This document shows, piece by piece, positions 12,753 through 25,517 of a DNA stretch of 64,000 nucleotides (its first letter is position 1; the number at the start of each line of letters is the position of its first letter). The position numbers were made by a program, and so were the translations under genes. Below the pieces are notes generated by a model, which saw only the letters and a program-made list of their open reading frames with translations, was not told the DNA's origin and searched no databases. The DNA is from Leptogorgia sarmentosa (lineage: Eukaryota): positions 17,670,001 to 17,734,000 of the forward strand of contig OZ210885.1 in NCBI GenBank assembly GCA_964658305.1. Direction: 5' to 3'.

Positions 12753-15700
12753 CAACACAACAAAATCAATCAATGATGATGCCAGTTTATACACGGTTAA
12801 CATTCTCACACCATCGTCGTGTGACTATCGTGAAGGTCATTGCTTAATAAGTTAAAAGCGCTTTAGCGTCACAGACTATTGCTTTTTTGCAGGGGATTGT
12901 GTTAATAACATAAAAAACCCAAAACGCACTTGTCGATGTGGTGAAGTTTCAAAAACAAAGAAATCTGTACTAAAAAGACGTCGTTGCTTGCATCAGTACA
13001 ATGGATGCAGTAGTATTGCAAGTGTTCTGGTCATTGCGGTGGAAAAGTTTACAAAACTATGCATTTTTCTCAAAGCAAATCAAAGAAGGCAAAATCTAAG
13101 AGGGCTAAACATGTACTGCAACATATGCTGACAAAAATGATGTTGAATGAACTTTCTTGAGGTTTGCTTTTTTCAGCCATTATGTTGCAGCGTGTTAACT
13201 TTTTTAAATTTACTAAACTTAGTAAATTGGTCCATTGGAAAAATGCAAAAAGAAATCAACAAACGCTAAACGTATTTCCGTTAGAGACGTTTGGACCTTT
13301 TGCAGCTACGGGGCAAGAAGTTCTTTCAAAGGCTGTCCTGTAGAATGTTAACATTTCTTGTGTCTCGAGTTTTTGTTCCTGTAAAAATAAAGCATTCATT
13401 TCATAACCATGAATTTATTCTATATAATCCCTCGCCATCTGGGCGTTAACCCAGGGCGAGGGTAATAATTCAGCATAGCGGAGTCCAAAGTTGCTCGATT
13501 TGGCCACCATTTTGGGTCATCGTCGAAGGGTGGTCACTACTGAGCTCACAAATATGGCGGACTATCACGAAGAGCCGAAGCTTTTTAAAGCTTTTAAGAA
13601 GCTTTTTAAAGCCTTAAAGCTTTTGGAAAGGCGAAAATATAAAAAAAACCCTTCGCTGTGAGACTTGAAAAGCCTTCTCAGAAGATATAAAACGCTGAGA
13701 AAGGGAAAGAAACAACCATGAATTGACACACAGGATCGATAAGTTTGTCAATATATTGTTGGCAGTGAACTTTTGTTTTACATATATTTACTATTTGTAT
13801 GAAAGATCGCCGGCTGTAGCCGCATATGGTTCAATTCAAGAGTATAAGTTTATGTTTTTAAATGCAAGGCTTCACAAAATATTTACAAATTTTACCCTAA
13901 AACGAGTGAACATTGGCCGGAAACTCATATATCAAAGACTGACTTGAATATTTAAATAAAAAGTTTCATGAAAATAAATGCAGTATTTCACAATAAATTC
14001 AAGTTTATCTTAGTCCTAATAACGTACGCATAACAAACAGTTCACCAACTTTAAAAAAATGCCAATAAACCCAAGATAAAAGTTGATATTTTGAAAAAAT
14101 ATTTCAAAAAAATACAGAAATATGAATTTCTGTTCGTGTTGCCACGACAACAACCTCAGGCGGCTTTAAAGTACTTCATGTTCCAAAAAATATAGTTGCA
14201 TTATTTTGGTTAGTAAGGCGAGGGGTTGCTGCATATATGTATTTCTAGTTTAGCAAAAATGCGGTTTTCCCAAACCACCAAACCTACTGTGGTTATTACT
14301 CTGGTCTTGCTGAGAAGGTTTCAAAATTGTTAACAAACGTTTAAACTCTCATATCTCAGTCAATCTTGGACGAAAATGCCTGTCGAATATACCAAAATTT
14401 AAGTTAGACATCGCTTGATGCAATGAAACTCCATTTAGGGTTCTCCGCGTATGATTTTGGAGTTATAAGTAATCAAACAGTTGTACTTTTTTTGCGCCAC
14501 CTGGTATATTCCTAACTCAGTTAATCCTGAGAATGATACATGTATTACCCTCATTACGCAGCAACATGTTGAGTACACAGGCCTCCAATTTTGATATGCT
14601 TTACTTACTTTGTTTCATTACATTCCTCATTTGTTGTTATCAATGGAACCGTGTGTGGTTTGAAAGAAGACATCAAATTTGCACTTCCACACTAAAACAA
14701 GTGTGAATAAGTTAGACGTATTGAACAGACATTTAATATTCAGTGTAGTTCTGTTATTTACGCAACTCCGATAAGTTACTTACTGCATTGTAGGAATTCA
14801 CAGTCGCATTTTTCATCGGCTTTAAATTGGACGAGTCGTCCCAGCCAAATGGGACTGTTTACAATGCCAAAAAAATTAGGTGTGATTTCAAAATAGTAGA
14901 AACGTTCCAGATTAGAAAGCTGGGAACTAAAGCAGTATCAAAAAATGCCGTTTTTTCATCTCGTGCCGTTTATAGAAACCGGCATTGAAAATAGTCTTAT
15001 TAATTCACTCGTTCCAAGATTAAATATTCTTCAACTTCAAGTCACTATCGGAAATTATAAAATTGGTAAAAACAGCAATGATCTAAATTGAATAACATCA
15101 TTAATGCATGTATGCACATAATGCATATTAGGTGGATAGCGCCACCCACCGGATTGTGATTTTTTCAACAGCTATAAAAAAGCATAAAAGCAAATGGCCT
15201 TTAGGATATTTGACAACATGTAGATAAAAAATGACTGTAACTTGAAAGTACTACACTTTAATTCCAGTTTTCTCCGTTATTGAACAAGTTTAAAAAGGTT
15301 GAAAAAATCGATATCCAGTGAATGTTGGTATTCACTGTTAATTCGTACAGGCCCCTGCCCAGAGATTTTTTCATTGATACCTTCGGTTACATTAGTAAGT
15401 AGAGGAAGCTTGCCGTCTTCGTTTATAAAAAAACAATGTTCTCTAATGGGAATCAGTGATCCACTGTGATCCATGTGGGTGCTTTCATTGAACACCCAAT
15501 GTTGTTTGGTTGCTTCCCTATTATCTATAGGAATAGCAAATGTCATTCTTGGAATTGAAAGAGTATTTTCTAATATTGTACCTTATACCCATCCAAGTTC
15601 ATAATTATAATAATTCGAAATTTGCTTAACTGTACTACTTTTCAGGCTGCCTAGGCCGCAGGGGTCGGTAAATGCCAAGCACTGCTCAAAACATACAAAC

Positions 15701-16970
15701 TAAATGCCCTACGACTCTCAGATTAAAATACCCTATTTTTCGAGTGTTTATATCAACTGACATTCCTAAAATTACATGCTGCTGCCTGCATGTGCACATG
15801 CTGACACAAACCGGGAAGTCCTCTGACAATTTTCGAGTTTATATGTGAACATATCTGGGCCAGTTGTTCAAAACTCAAAAGCCGGTTAAAAAATGGTGTA
15901 AAGCCCATTCTGCGAATTCTTTCTGCTCATAACAAAGTTTGTTCCAAACACAGTCACGGAAAACATCAAGTTCCCTCTGAACAACTGGGATATACACGTA
16001 CGCTAGTATGTCTCTACATAAAGTTAAGCAATGTATGTTCTCAGTAGTGATATATTGAACATGTAACCACAATATAATATCAACACACACTTGTAACCAC
16101 ACATAAATGCAGTGTTTTACTAGTCATTCTGATCACTGGAATCATAATCTCCACTTTCAACTAGAGATGTAAGTTGTTCTTTGAAAAATCTCTCCATTCT
16201 TTCAAGAAGCTCCATCTCTCGATTTTGTTTTGGGTGGATGGACCATAGAGTATAGCATCTAATGGATCATCTAAATTGCCATTTTTTTTCTGAGGAAGCA
16301 ATGAATTGTTGTCATTACATCCGTTTCTGTCCCTCTGTCCACCCTCACAACAATACAATTAAAAGGTTCCTACTCCTAGACTCAAACAGATATTCCAAGT
16401 AGAACCTTAGGGTTATTATTAGTTGTCCACACTCTAAGGAAATTCATCCTACCACTGTAGGTATCAAGCCCACCATAAATACACAAAGGAAACATGGATT
16501 TTTGACAGCCACATAGCTTATCGTGCCCATCTAATGACATGTGTTAAATGAGTTAAATACTCATTTTAATAATACTAGTTTGCAATCCAAGACGATAAAA
16601 ACTGTGATATATTTTAGACAATATAATACTGATAGATGATGTCAAACGTAATGTTTCAATATGTCATAACTTACTGCACTCACAAACATGTTCCTTCTAC
16701 GTGGTCGTTTTGGTTTTCCTACTCAACCTCGGGATTTCAGTCCTTCTCGGTCCGCTTCCCCCATTACAGCACATACTAAATTGCGCAAAGCATTGAGCCC
16801 ATGTACCTCTCTAACTTTCTGCTGCATTGCTCGATAACCTAGAAGAACGCCTGGACCGTCTAATTCTTTTTTAACAGCTTTCTTGACGTCTTCCAATTCA
16901 ATGGAATAGTTGGTGTATTTGATGTCGAAGTGTTGAAGCCTACGACTTAAACTGCGAATGCTCCATGCAT

Positions 16971-19900
16971 AACAAGGGGGAATTTCGTTCTCAACCAATC
17001 AGCGCATTTGTTGACATTTTCGCGCTAAGCCAATCAGAACGCGTGAAATGCCTTCTTCACATCAAATTTGTAAACATACATATAGGGTTATTCTAAAGGT
17101 TTGCTGCAATTGGGTTTTTTATATTTTTGCATGAAATTGAAATATCTTTTTCCTAAATAATTTCCCCAGATATTTGCCGCGGGGATTTTTGTTTTATTGC
17201 GTTATTGCGGAGATATGACTCTTCAAATTTTGCCTTACGCAAGCCTGAACAATGCTGTTGGAATTTTCTAATGTCGGAAGAGCTTGATGCCTTGAAAATC
17301 CCGTTTTGCTATTTTTAACATCTTCTACGATTAACTTATTAACGTCCTATTCATAAAAAAGCCTGACTCTTCCAGGGCGGTACAAAACACGCCGGATATT
17401 TGATTTGACATGTCAATTCCTAATTCTGTTGTTGGACATCGTGGCGAACAAGTTTATATGGTGCGTAGTTTTGTTGAAACTGACCCAACATCACGATCGT
17501 GGATCCTCTAACCTACGCCAAGCATTCATTTTGTCAATAAGTTGAAGAATTGTCTTCATTTTGTCTGGCTGTTGCTGCTGTTCGTCCTCTATTAAATCGT
17601 CATCGCTGTCTTCATCTTCGTTGGCATCGTTGCTGAGATGATCTTCGGAATCGTCAGTGCCCTTGAAGTGGTGGACTGCATCGTTTGCTGCATTACCGAG
17701 AGAGCAGGATTTGGCTTTGAGGAACCCTTTGCAAATCTGGCATACGCTCAAATCTGGGAGATTACATTCCATATGGAACGAGTGACCACATCCTCGAAAG
17801 ACACGCCATAAAGTGCTTTGGCAAAGGCAATCTACGCTGTCACATTTACTCTTAAAGAGAAAGGTAAAGTCTATAAATTTGGGTACATTTTCAAGGATTC
17901 TGAATCATGCAATCTTGATCTGAATACCAGACTATCATCATTTGAACAATTTTCATTAAATGTAAATTTGCCAAGGTTTGAATTTTATTTACTGGAAAAA
18001 ACAAGGTTAGAAATGTTGGGTTATTGTGGGTACTGGGATAGTAATGAAAACTTGCTAGAACGATTGTAGAACTAGAATGTGGGATTTGAATTATGTTTCT
18101 TATCAAATTACCTGTCTGGGTTAGGTTGTCTTTCCACGGAAGAAAATCCTAGTGGTAAAAGTTTGTTTATTACCACCTTAACACCAAATAAATTTGGTAG
18201 AAGCCATTTGGTCAGATCGTTTTTCTGCCGGGGTTGCTGGGATGCCCTTCCAGGTTGTGAGTGGATGGTCTCAAACTTGCTAACCAGGAACTCTGCAGCT
18301 CTTGCTTTTAGAGTATCAACACGCTTCCTGCTAAAATTGAATTTCCTGGGGGGAACAAATGATGATTGAAATTCTTTCATTTCATCCTTGCAGGCATCAA
18401 TCTCTTTGGCCTTTTCCTGTATTTGCGCTGCATTGTCAGTTTCATGTGTTCGTGCTCGTAATACTGAATGAAAGTTTTCCACTGGATACTCATCGAAGGC
18501 CACTAAATAGTTCTTAATGAGTTGGTGCATTGGGTGAGTGCTTTCTTTCCAATATTCAAATGTAGAGAGGGCAACAAGCAGAGCCTTATCATAATGTCGA
18601 CGTTGAAATACCATCATCATTATCCAGCAGTGAAATAATGACTTGCAATAGAGATCGTAGTTGTTACACTTAAAGATGACTGAATAAATGCTTAGGACAA
18701 GTGGGACGTAATTATCAACAAGGTTGATTAAAGTTAGGAATTCAATGTCTTTGCAGTTAGAGAAAACAGACATGATTGTGTCTCGAACCAATGTCCAACC
18801 TCCATATATTACTTCCAGCAGTAGGGATATTCGCCACGGTTTTGGTTTTGTTGCTAGCTTTGCCTTTGCCCCAAACAGGAAGGAATACAGATCAGCAAAA
18901 ATTACATGGAAATTCAATAAAACACATTCCCTAGAGTTCAGGGAGATATGCAGTGGACCAATCAGTGGAACTACATTCTTGCAGACATCAGGCAGTGATA
19001 CCAACTCTGTATTGTACACTAATTGCCGCATAAAGAATTGCATTGGCCAGTCCCCTAGAAATGGAACAGCGAAATGGTTGAGGTAATCTTCCAAGCCGTT
19101 TGATAACATGTGGTTGAAAGCAGTAAGCAGGTCCTTGTATGAATTTAAAGGTAAGTCTAAGCTATCCACAAGCTTTGTATTTTCCATGCTTCTCATCTCT
19201 TGAAGTTCTGTTTGTTGGTAATCATGAATTAACAACCGATGTCTTGCAGCTTCCGGGTCAAAATATTGTGCAATTGCCCAATCTGGCATGTTACTTGCAT
19301 ACGTTTGGGAAACATTGTTGATGTGCTCATCTATATACCTTTGGAGTGAATTTACATCCACTGCATTGACGGGCAGCAAGGAATGTAGCATTGTGATAGG
19401 AAGAGCCTTGATATTGGGAAAAACTTTTACAAGCAAGGTGGATGTGTGCACTGACTGGGTCTGGGTTTTAGCTTCAGGCCGATGTTTGGTATGTATATTG
19501 TGATAGTCGTCGATACAAAACACAATAAATTGTTCAGTTTCTCTCAAAGTTTTAAAAAATTCCTTAACTTTGTTCAGATGAGATGCTGATGAGACTTGGG
19601 CAGAGGCTTTCATGGTGCGAGGGTGTGCTACAATTCCCAAATTGCGTAGAGATGCCAAACCCTGCTGACTTATTCCAAATTGCTGTAAAGTTCTGGCAAG
19701 TGATACTTGGAACCAGTTGGCCCTCTGTGATTGTGAGTACATCATTACATATATAACAACCATGACTCGTAATTTTGTGAGATCCTGACGCTCATCAGAC
19801 AACCGCGATGAAGTCATAGCATCATACAGTGTTGAGAAGAGATTTGTTGCTCCCGCTTGCATGCAAATGTTCTGAAATTTATCCGCATCCATCACTGTGG

Positions 19901-21382
19901 GTCATAACTTAGGAGGAATATTTTCAATTTCTCCAGGTCACCTTTGATATCTGGTTTCTCAGTAAGTTTTTCATATTCTTCCTTAGACAGAAAGACACCC
20001 TCATTGGTCTGGCATTCAACACTTGCTTTCATTTGACTATGTACTTCCTCCTCAGCTTCTAAGTCCTGACTTGGAGAGCTTAATGTTATCGTCGACTCTG
20101 TTCCTTGACTACTGGATGGCTGGGGGATGGAAGGGCTTGAAATGGTGTTGTCAATGTTTGTGGACAAAATATCATCAGTACTTCCTGGCTCAGTTGTAAA
20201 AGATATTGATATCTCCTCAAGCTACATTTGGAGCATTCAAATGGAGATTTAAGTCATATGTCATATAAAAATGAGTATAATGGAATTTTGGGTCCAAATT
20301 ACATGGGAGTGAGCAGGACTTTAGTGGAATCTAAATTATGACTATTTTGAAGCCAGTTTGCCTCATTTATAGTTGTGATTTGTGCATGATTGTTCATAAC
20401 TACAGTGTTAGAATATCATTGTATTGTAATTTTTTCCCCATCATTCCAAGGAATGATCACAAATTCAATTGGTCTTTTTCAGAGTCATGCTCTTTTTTGG
20501 AGAATTTTTCAACAATATTCTGTACAATTATGTAATAGATTACCTTGTTTTCTATTGAGTCAATAGCAAGATTTTTTGGCAAATGGCTTGAGAAATTCCT
20601 CTTTTTTAGGCACTGCTGGAGACAATCATAGCAAATTTTGTTGACTCTTGGTGATTTCATTTCTTTTTCGTAAGCCATTTTCATAAATGCACTTGCCAAA
20701 TCAGCTAAACCATGCACTCTTAAGTTGACTAACCTAGAACTCTTGCGGGACCACTCGTCGTGACGAGGATTTTGGCAATTACTCGAAAACTTAGGCATTT
20801 TAATTAAAGTAGATTTGAAACCAGTAAGGATGAAAACTAACAGCTGTGTAAAGTGTTTTGAGTTTAGAACAATAACTTTCCCGCGGGAATATGGAATGTT
20901 CGTACCATACTCGCTTCGGCGGATTTCGATTGCGAATGTTTACGACTAGAAAAAAAGAAACTACACGAGCATTTATTAAAAACAAAATGTCTCCTGTCTT
21001 TGTTTAATTTCAATAATTAGATAGCATAACAAATGGTTTCCGAACAGGTTTTAAGCTATAGAAGCAATCAACTCCATAAAGGTTGACGCGTTCCAACAGC
21101 ATTGTTCAGACTTGCGTAAGGCAAAATTTGAAGAGTCATATCTCCGCAATAACGCAATAAAACAAAAATCCCGCGGCAAATATCTGGGGAAATTATTTAG
21201 GAAAAAGATATTTCAATTTCATGCAAAAATATAAAAAACCCAATTGCAGCAAACCTTTAGAATAACCCTATACGTATGTTTACAAATTTGATGTGAAGAA
21301 GGCATTTCACGCGTTCTGATTGGCTTAGCGCGAAAATGTCAACAAATGCGCTGATTGGTCGAGAACGAAATTCCCCCTTGTT
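16971..21382 (-). mobile_element. Complete 4.4-kb DNA transposon with ~292-bp TIRs and 9-bp TSD (TCCATGCAT), Academ-like
   Basis: TIRs at 16971-17263 and 21091-21382 (AACAAGGGGGAATTTCGTTC...). TSD at 16962-16970 and 21383-21391. Confidence 0.9.
17491..20798 (-). CDS. Multi-exon putative Academ-like transposase with N-terminal Cys/His region and C-terminal RING-H2-like finger (apparent frameshift ~19895)
   Basis: Exons approximately 20798-20544, 20221-18112 and ~17847-17491, with GT/AG boundaries. Core motifs CIDDYH, LGDWP, IGPLH and DEYPVENFH. The last exon encodes C..C...CGHSFHMEC...CQIC. Confidence 0.6.
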
Positions 21383-21789
21383 TCCATGCATACATTGGAT
21401 AATCCACAATCATTAAGTCCAAAATCTCTTGACCTCTTAAATTCTGCCGTACATATTTTTCAAGGTCTTGTCTCATCTCTTCTTTTATGTAAGATAAGTA
21501 CACAATACAGGGATACCGAGGATCATTGGTTGCACAACTATGGCCCCCATAGGCCATGTGCCTTATTAAGTTTTATTTTTATATTAAAACTGAACTGATT
21601 TGATACAAAACCAATAGATAGAAAACAAAACGAGATTTAAAAGATTTCTTAAAAAATAAAACACAATTTGTTTACAATAAAGTAAAACAATTTTATAATT
21701 CTAAAAATTAAGTAATATAATAAAAAGTTAGTAAAGTAAATTAATAAAAAAAGTGTTGCAACTGTTATGGCACTTATAGGCCACCATAC

Positions 21790-22830
21790 AGGTGGCTTCT
21801 AGTTGTTTAGCCTTAACCCATTGGAAACCTTCCAGGTTTCATAATAACAATGCTAGTGTCATTTCATAAGTCATTCAAGCTCTTAATCTCATCTTCTGTA
21901 TAAAGGAAGTTTGGCGGGCTGTAACTGCGGAAACCAGATAGTGTGATATCCCTTATTTAAGTATTAATGAAGTCAGGGCAAAAGCCGGGAAGCTCATACA
22001 CAGGTTCTTGCTTCAGTTGAGAAAATAGTCTTTCAAATGGTGCAAGGAAACCACAAAAATTCAGTTTGAATGGCGGAAAGGCAAAGTTCAAGCCTTTCAA
22101 AAGGATATCTTTCTTGTTGTCTGTGACGAGCCGATTTGAGAAATTGAACACCACCTCATTGGGATCTGGGTTCTTTTGTTGCGCTTTAGACGAAAAAGCT
22201 TTCGGTCTTGAACAGGTTGATGCTGGCTCAATTTCTTAGAGTTTTCACGATTGGAAACATTCTTTAAGTGGAATCAATCGTGGAGATGAGTGAGGCCAAA
22301 TTAGCCTTATAATATTGCTAAGTTCTTTATCCCTCTCCTCAAACCCATTTCAACTAGTTCTTATGTTATTAAGGATTCTTTCTCGTTTGTCCATGAATTA
22401 CTTCCCATCAACTTTGACACTAATAATGTTATAATGGCCAGTTTTTATGTCACTTCGCTTCTTACTAACACCAACTTTCCACTCTTTTCCCTCTCAAGGA
22501 CAAAGTACCCAAAGCTCTGAGATTGAATGTAGTTTACTCTTTTACGTGTCGATGCTGTTCTGCGTCGTATGTGGTCAAACCACACACCATCTACACACTT
22601 GAGTCTCAGAACACCTGGGTATTACGCCGTTGACTGGTAAACAGTGCAAAAGTCCTTCTATGTCTAACATCTTTTCCCACTTAACATCTACTGGTCATAC
22701 AGCCTCGGTAGATGATTTTAAAATACTTTCATCTTGTCCTCACATTCAGGAACTTCTCATTCATGAAAGTGTTATCTCAAAAATTAAACCTAACATTGAT
22801 TCCAAGGCTCGTCTATCCCCCTTCACTTAT
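21790..22830. mobile_element. Penelope-like element fragments in opposite orientations
   Basis: Minus strand 21957-22154: VFNFSNRL...LLKGLNFAFPP (PLE RT N-terminus). Plus strand ~22490-22830: VVYSFTC.CC.ASY.GQT...EHLG...DDFKIL...LLIHES (GIY-YIG endonuclease). Confidence 0.75.
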
Positions 22831-23295
22831 TTTAATTCTCCTTTCACATCATTCTCTCTCGTTTTCCCTTCTTTTCCTCTCATTTTTCTCCTTTATATCC
22901 CTTCACCTCATACAATATCCATTCTCATCCCCATTTCCTCATTACGTTTTACCTATATTGTAATTTGATATGCTGTAAATAGCTTTACTCATATATTCAT
23001 CACCGCTTTGTAATCTTATATTAGTATGAGATTGAGTATGGTGGCCGAGAACTGCCAACTGTTTTTTTTACAAAAATTAATATATATTTTAATTTTATTT
23101 TTGAATTGCTTTAAAATATGTTTGAAAATCATTTTAAAATAAAACAATAATGGCCAAGCGCTGCCACATGGCCGAGAACTGCCACATGGCCGAGAACTGC
23201 CAAAATGACCAGCAGTCTCCCAGGCTAAATACTTCATGTAGTATATATGGTGTAGTAACGCGTGTTTACTGTTCGGCATTGTTTTGGTATGCAAA

Positions 23296-24080
23296 TATGG
23301 CCGAACAATGGAAAAAATTAAATGAGCAAGTAAAAGCAAAACGTGCAAAAAAGGGAGTAAAAAAAGTCGAGAAATAAAAATTGAAGGCGAGGAGATCACC
23401 GTGCAGAGGCTTTCAGCAGAGGTGACAGGAAAAGCCCAAAGATTTTCACGAATTGGAGCAAGGGAGTTTGTGCCATTCCAGTACCACGTATCACCCAAAA
23501 TTTAAATCTAAAAATTGGGTTTTAAAAAGGTACCTGTCAGAAGCAGTGGAAGGTATGACCAACACTGGGGTGAGTGTCAAGGATCATACTAAAAAAGCAG
23601 TTCAGATGCATTTATTAGCTCGAAATTTATTAGCTCGAAATTTAGCATCTCAACTGGCCAAAAGCCTCACACCTGAAGCAGCCTTAAATTTTGGTCAAAC
23701 ATTACAATATCATAATGTGTACTATGGTGAAACCAAAGATAATGAGTGTGTAACAATAGAGGAATTTATTGATGGGAAATTCACCAAATACCTTAACAAC
23801 AATGGAAATGTTGTGTGTTGACCCATCAGATGCAGTCGGCCAAAAAGCTGAATGCCTGGCACATTTTTCACATGTAAAGTCAGAAGGCAAGCTCTTGTTG
23901 GTTGACATTCAAGGGAGTGGACACAACCTCTTTGACCCAGAGATTGCATCATTCAAGCTCTATGATGAAACAGAAATGTTATTTTGTGCAGGCAACCTGT
24001 CTGAATTAGCATTTGACAACTTTTTGGCAAAGCATAAATGCAACACATATTGCAACCTTCTTGGGTTACAAAAATATTGA
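23296..24080 (+). pseudogene. Alpha-kinase (eEF2K/TRPM7/MHCK-type atypical kinase), frameshifted and internally deleted
   Basis: WVLKRY...VQMH...VTIEEFIDGKFTKYLNNNG, AECLAHFS...LLLVDIQG...LFDPEIAS, GNL...F...HKCNTYC..LGL are canonical alpha-kinase subdomains with the C-terminal zinc ligands. Confidence 0.88.
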
Positions 24081-24276
24081 AAACATGTTATAGTAACTTT
24101 CTTCAGAGTACTATATAGCCATGTAACTTTATTACAAGTATAAACTTTGTTATATTCAGGTTATTGTTAAAAATTTATAGTTGGGCCACTGTAATGAACT
24201 TAGAATAAAATTATTAACAGTGTTAGATTATGTTAATTCTTAGTTATACGTATGTATAAAAGCATAGATGTTAGGT

Positions 24277-25517
24277 TTATCTGAAAACATTTTCTTTAAG
24301 TTGTATGAAGGCTGCACTGCAATTTGCTGGTAAAATTTCGGCTGGATTGGGAATAACATTCTCACATCTTTCTCTCAATAGAGGATCAATAAAATCATCT
24401 GCAACTTCTAGCACACCAGAATGCATTGCAACTTCTTGTAGTTGTACATGTGAGACATCCAAACCTGGAGAAAAATATACATAACATAGGTCATTTGAAA
24501 AAATGGGGGGGAGGGGGGGGGGGAATAGTAGAAAACTTTTGATTTACTATCAATTGCCAAATAGATTCTTAAAGTACATAATGCATGACTTGCTTCCTGA
24601 GCCAAAAGACCATATACCAGATTGTCTGTTGTTATACCTACCACATTCCTCAAGATCATACTCTTCAGGAAATGCGTAAATGTGATTTGGGACCCCGTCT
24701 GGCAGTCTGGTTTCCTTCGGGGCTCTGATGCAATGTGAATTCCACACAGAGTGTTTGAAAATGTCAAGTTGTTTTTGAATTATCGGCATCATCAGCAAAG
24801 CGAGCAAGTGTCTAATTAACCAAAAATTAATACAATGTCAATGCAAAGAATGGTGATAAGATATTGTACATACTATTTGTAATAATACTGCAACATTGCA
24901 TAGTGAAATTATATTTCATAATTAATACATAAATTATTACCTATCATGCTCATCGTCTGGATCATAGTGATGTTGGTCCTTTAGAAATGCTAAATGTTCT
25001 TTAAAATACATCTCCATTTGTTCATGAACCTCCTTCCACCAGCGTTCAATCTGGATTAATAATGGTACAAATAATAAAATAATATGTTAAGAAAGGTGTA
25101 TCTTAGTTACACTAGGTCACTGTATTCTAAAAAAAAATCATTCAATAAGACTATTTTTCCTTACTTGGTTAGCTGTAGATGGCCCATAAAGGACGGTGTC
25201 AATGGCATCCGTGTCTTCATCATTACACGCCTTAAAAAGGTATGAATGGTTGCCATTGTGTTGGTTTCAGTGCCCCTGTCCAACCTTATCATTCTTGCAA
25301 TTGTCTTGCATTCCATCAGGTGCTCCAAATACCAACGTCCCACAACACGAGGGTCAGAGTTCGTAACCCAGACCTTTAGCCACAACAATTTTCGGCTCGC
25401 AGTATCGATGGACCCATAAATGGCAAGTGGGAATGTGCTGTTCTGGTATCCCATCAATTTGTCATGCCCATCCATGGAATGGACAAAATTTCGGCCTTTT
25501 GTATAAAAATGGCCTTT
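24277..25517 (-). pseudogene. IS3EU-like / integrase-core DDE transposase, multi-exon, N-terminus truncated
   Basis: KGHFYTKGRNFVHSMDGHDKL...IYGSIDTASRK...RLDRGTET...GPSTANQ|IERWWKEVH...WNSH.IR; introns with GT/AG boundaries. Confidence 0.8.

Larger units (their letters stand above)
15875..21788 (-). mobile_element. IS3EU-like DDE transposon 1 (degraded), split by the 16971-21382 insertion; right terminus ...GGCCACCATA at 21788
   Basis: The minus-strand protein ...ILDLMIVDYPMYAW|SIRSLSRRLQHF...GPGVLLGYRAM joins across the insertion. Downstream come SLDGHDKL, YGPSTQNKIERW and QRELDVFRDCVWN. The TATGG terminus matches the TAY..RTA ends described for IS3EU. Confidence 0.72.
23037..25517. mobile_element. 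IS3EU-like DDE transposon 2 carrying an alpha-kinase gene; right part lost
   Basis: Left terminus TATGGTGGCCGAGAACTGCCA at 23037 with subterminal ATGGCCGAGAACTGCCA repeats at ~23150-23202. Kinase (+) and transposase (-) genes are convergent. Confidence 0.72.

Noticed and set aside
15277..15546. 89-aa minus-strand ORF
   Set aside because: No recognisable motif or supported exon context, so it cannot be assigned.
16723..16998. Stand-alone 91-aa ORF, and likewise the ORF at 21339-21557
   Set aside because: These are two halves of one transposase exon separated by the 16971-21382 insertion; their ends are TIR sequence.
21789..23036. The termini at 21788 and 23037 as the two ends of one element
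   Set aside because: They face outward from each other, and the flanks (CAGGTG vs ATTGAG) do not match, so they belong to different elements.
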